A DNA stretch of 64,000 nt. Origin: Octopus bimaculoides (Eukaryota). The position numbers and the translations under genes were made by a program. Each line of letters opens with the position of its first letter. Position 1 is the stretch's first letter. Below, piece by piece: positions 60,629 to 64,000 of this stretch. The DNA lies in contig NC_068981.1 of the NCBI RefSeq assembly GCF_001194135.2, positions 86,354,129 to 86,418,128 of the forward strand, in the 5' to 3' direction. Under the pieces are notes generated by a model. That model did not search any database. It worked only from the letters and a program-made list of their open reading frames with translations, and had not been told where the DNA came from.

Positions 60629-62117
60629 TATATATATATATATATAGATATAGATAGATAGATAGATAAACATGGAAGCCATTAGCTAAAAGTTTCTGTC
60701 TTAGTTATGAAGCATTAAAAAGATATCTTACATATCCAATAAATATATGCATTGTTTTGAATAACTGAGTCCTTACATAGCAGATGTATAGTAAGGAGAG
60801 AAAGGGGCAGTGAGTCCCAGGTTCTGTGTGAAGAGGTAAAAAATTTCCTCTATTATGTTTGTTAATTAAGGCGGTGGCACCAAAATAAACCTTGCCCTAG
60901 ACTCTGGGAACCTTTGCTATACTACTACATATTGAGAACTTATAACTACTGAATTTTAGAGTTATAAGTAAAGAACTAGTATTTATTTGGATTATTATAT
61001 TTGTAATTGTGTACTTAAAAAAGCTCTTTCTATTTTCTTGAAAAAGCTAATAAAACAATGTTCATTTTCTCATAGAATTATTAGCATTACAATAATCATG
61101 TGGTTCTCACAAATCTACCTATTACTAAATCTTACTAATAGTTTTCTCTATATGAACCTTCTTTATAAAATCTATATATCAATTAAATCATATTTTATTA
61201 ATCAGCAACTATAGATATTTCATATTTGATTATTATTTCAATGGTCAGCAGTTTATATTTTGTCAATGCTGCTGCTGCATTGACAATTGGCTTCAAGCTA
61301 ACTTAGTGCATCTCTATCTAATTAAGTATGGTACAGTAAGGAGTAACTTGACACTGTTAATATTATTCTCAGGCATTCAATACTATTTTATCGTGCCAAC
61401 ACATTTTGGTTTCTCTATATTTACTCAGTGATTTGTTCACTACTAAATGCAGCAGGTTATGAGGAGGCAAAACTTTGCTAAGGAATGTCGATAAAAGCAG
61501 AAACATATCTTGAGTTGTCTCCTACATTTGCTTGAAAAAAACATTAGTCATCAATTAATATTTTTCTCATTGCATTTGTTTTGAATTCAAATTTTTTTAA
61601 TCCCCCTATTTGTAAATAAACTAATATCCACTAATCTTTCATTATTAAATTAAACTTCTCTTGCAAGTATTAGATGAGAAAGGATAGGCTCCAACCAACT
61701 GACATTAGATATAATAGATGTAATTTTCAGTAGTTGTACAATGTCCTAGTCTATTGGCAATATATTGCTTTCATATAAAAAAAGGCTCTTTACTGAGCAA
61801 CATTTACAAGGTCTCATGCTATATTTCTAACCTTACCCTTATAATATAAATTGCGCTAAAATGCATTAAATTCGTGGTTTATCTCATTATAAACAGCTTA
61901 ATTTTTGTTTTTATTGGTTATAGTGTATCAATAAAGTTCTTTTGTCTGCTTTCTTTTAGGTTCCCTTTTAGTGATACTAAATTTTGTTCAAATTTGCTAT
62001 TTTCTACTTGTTTCTTTGTTTTCCAGCATAGTTGTTATCCTGCTGATTCCTCTTGTGATTCTTTTTATTAAACATTCTGTTAGTTTATTCTGGTGATATC
62101 TGTTTATTTCAAGCATC

Positions 62118-62174
<57 letters not shown>

Positions 62175-64000
62175 TCTTTTTATGCTTTTGTACAAGAAAT
62201 TTTGTGATGTGTTTATTTAAAAGTAGTTCAGATTGAAATGTCATAGAATTTCTTGTAACAGCTGAAGTTGTCTTCTTTTACACATGAGTGTTCAATTATT
62301 ATAGTGTGATGTAATTCTTTTATTTGAATATTTTTTACTTTGGTGTCTTGAAACTTTTACGTGAATGAATATTATCTACTACGCTAAGTAATATTCCTTT
62401 GTTTAAATGATGTGTTTTCAAACAATTATTGTTGAAACCAGTTGATGTTTAGAGATGTAACGGTTGTTGTTTGTTTTAAACACATTACTATATTGAGAGC
62501 TATGATGTCACAGTGACATAGCTGTCTTTATAGTAATGACTTTGTTGTAGCATTCTGTTGCAGTTACTTTTGCTCAGTTAAGAGTTAAGAGTTAATTTTA
62601 AGCAATGACCAGTATTTTAAAATTAGCCTATTTATTTCAAATATGTTACTGCAGTAATTTAAAATGTATTTGTTCAAAGGTTAGATTATTTAACTTTAAC
62701 TTTCAAATATAAATTTATCACCCAGTTTTTATTAAAACAAATTAGTCTTTATTAAAAGTTGTTAATATTGCTTATCTAATAGATCACACTATATTTCCTG
62801 CTAAATTATCGTAAACCCTCTACATTATTTGATAATTAATATTTAATATTACCTTTCCTTCTTAAGGAATTTAACATTACCTCCTTCCTAATTTACCTTT
62901 TTTTCTTTTTCCATTGTACCAAATTCTCTGTTCATTTTAGTACTTGTATTGTGTGAAAGTTTAACATAATAGCTTATTACAGCTTCCATGTCTATCTCTT
63001 ATTCATGATTATTCTCCTTGCCTTTAGACATTCAACTTAGCTACTAATCAGTGTTAAAAGCACATTTCTCATTAGATATAGATTTTTGCATCATAACCTT
63101 TTATCCATCTTTCTTCATAACCACATAGTAGTTTTATTAATATATTAAAACCTCTCACCCCTCTTTTAAGTTCTTTTACTGTGACCTCTGTAAATATTAG
63201 TATATTCATTTTGATGTATCTACTTAAATATTATTCAATGACTCCAATAGTTAGGCTAACATACCTTTGAAGTAGCTTTGCAGTTGTACTGCAAAAAAAA
63301 AAAAAACATTCTCTTGATATTACAACAACCATGTCAATATTACAGTTATAACACTCATTCAAGATACATCTATTATGCTATCTACTGATGATCTTCATGC
63401 TCTACTTTAACCTCATCAACTTGAAGTAAACCAAACACCTACTGCATCAATCTCACCAATCTGGGAGGGCCTATGCAGATCATGGGCACCAGCCCTCTTA
63501 TTAAAACTAAAACAACCCTTTTTAAACTCTTCCATTTTCTGCACGCTAGATTCACCACTCTACCTGTCCTACATTAACACCAGCTGTCTTGGTTTTCTGA
63601 GAACACTTTTTTATGATGGTTCTTTAGAAGTGCCAACATTATACATTAAATAGCAATCATATTTGTAGAACCCATTATGTTTGTATCCATTGTTAACATT
63701 GTTTTGCAGGTAGAGGTATCTTACGAGATTTAAAAGTAGATTAATTCTAGATTAGTATTCTTATATTGGTGGCAGTCTTCATACTGTGACCAAGCTGGGG
63801 CAGTCTTAATTGAATATATGAGCTCAAATCTTGACAGACACATATGGAAGATTCCAATCTGGAGTCATGTTAACCCACAATTATGAAGGAAATCCATGTT
63901 GAACATTGAGTTTTATATAAATGGTTTTATAAATTGGTTTATCTTCTAACTTGTTTCAGGCATTGGACTGTAGCTATGCTGAAGCACTAACTTAAAGGGT

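Noticed and set aside
53958-64000. Next conserved DOP1 exon (expected WLxLYLSACKxLD region)
   Set aside because: The candidate acceptors I checked (54846, 58155, 61372, 61960, 63710, 63961) gave no Dopey-like translation.

Overview
AT-rich, repeat-dense eukaryotic genomic DNA from a draft assembly with six N-gaps. The SINE/LINE repertoire and microsatellites point to an octopod cephalopod (inference). One protein-coding gene spans the window on the + strand: a Dopey/DOP1 orthologue (DOP1A/DOPEY1, yeast Dop1 family; Golgi-endosome trafficking partner of MON2). I traced 23 coding exons (1996-53957, 6623 nt, about 2207 codons). All introns are GT-AG and the phases chain without a break. The N-terminal coding exon lies upstream of the window, and I found no exon for the conserved Dopey C-terminus in the last 10 kb. 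The introns hold tRNA-headed SINEs of several modular families, RTE and CR1-like LINE relics, internally deleted mariner (DD34D) and maT (DD37D) transposons, hAT and Tc1/pogo-type MITEs and a Helitron fragment. Most notable: (1) a 309-311 bp unit carrying a tRNA-Thr(UGU)-like gene at the tip of a long hairpin, inserted twice as about 1.3 units in opposite orientations, one copy with a target-site duplication; (2) a 1.7 kb intronic foldback; (3) a candidate recursive-splice or poison exon at 58199; (4) degenerate minimal hammerhead-ribozyme motifs. No CRISPR, rRNA or prokaryotic features. Repeat boundaries were set by eye and are approximate.
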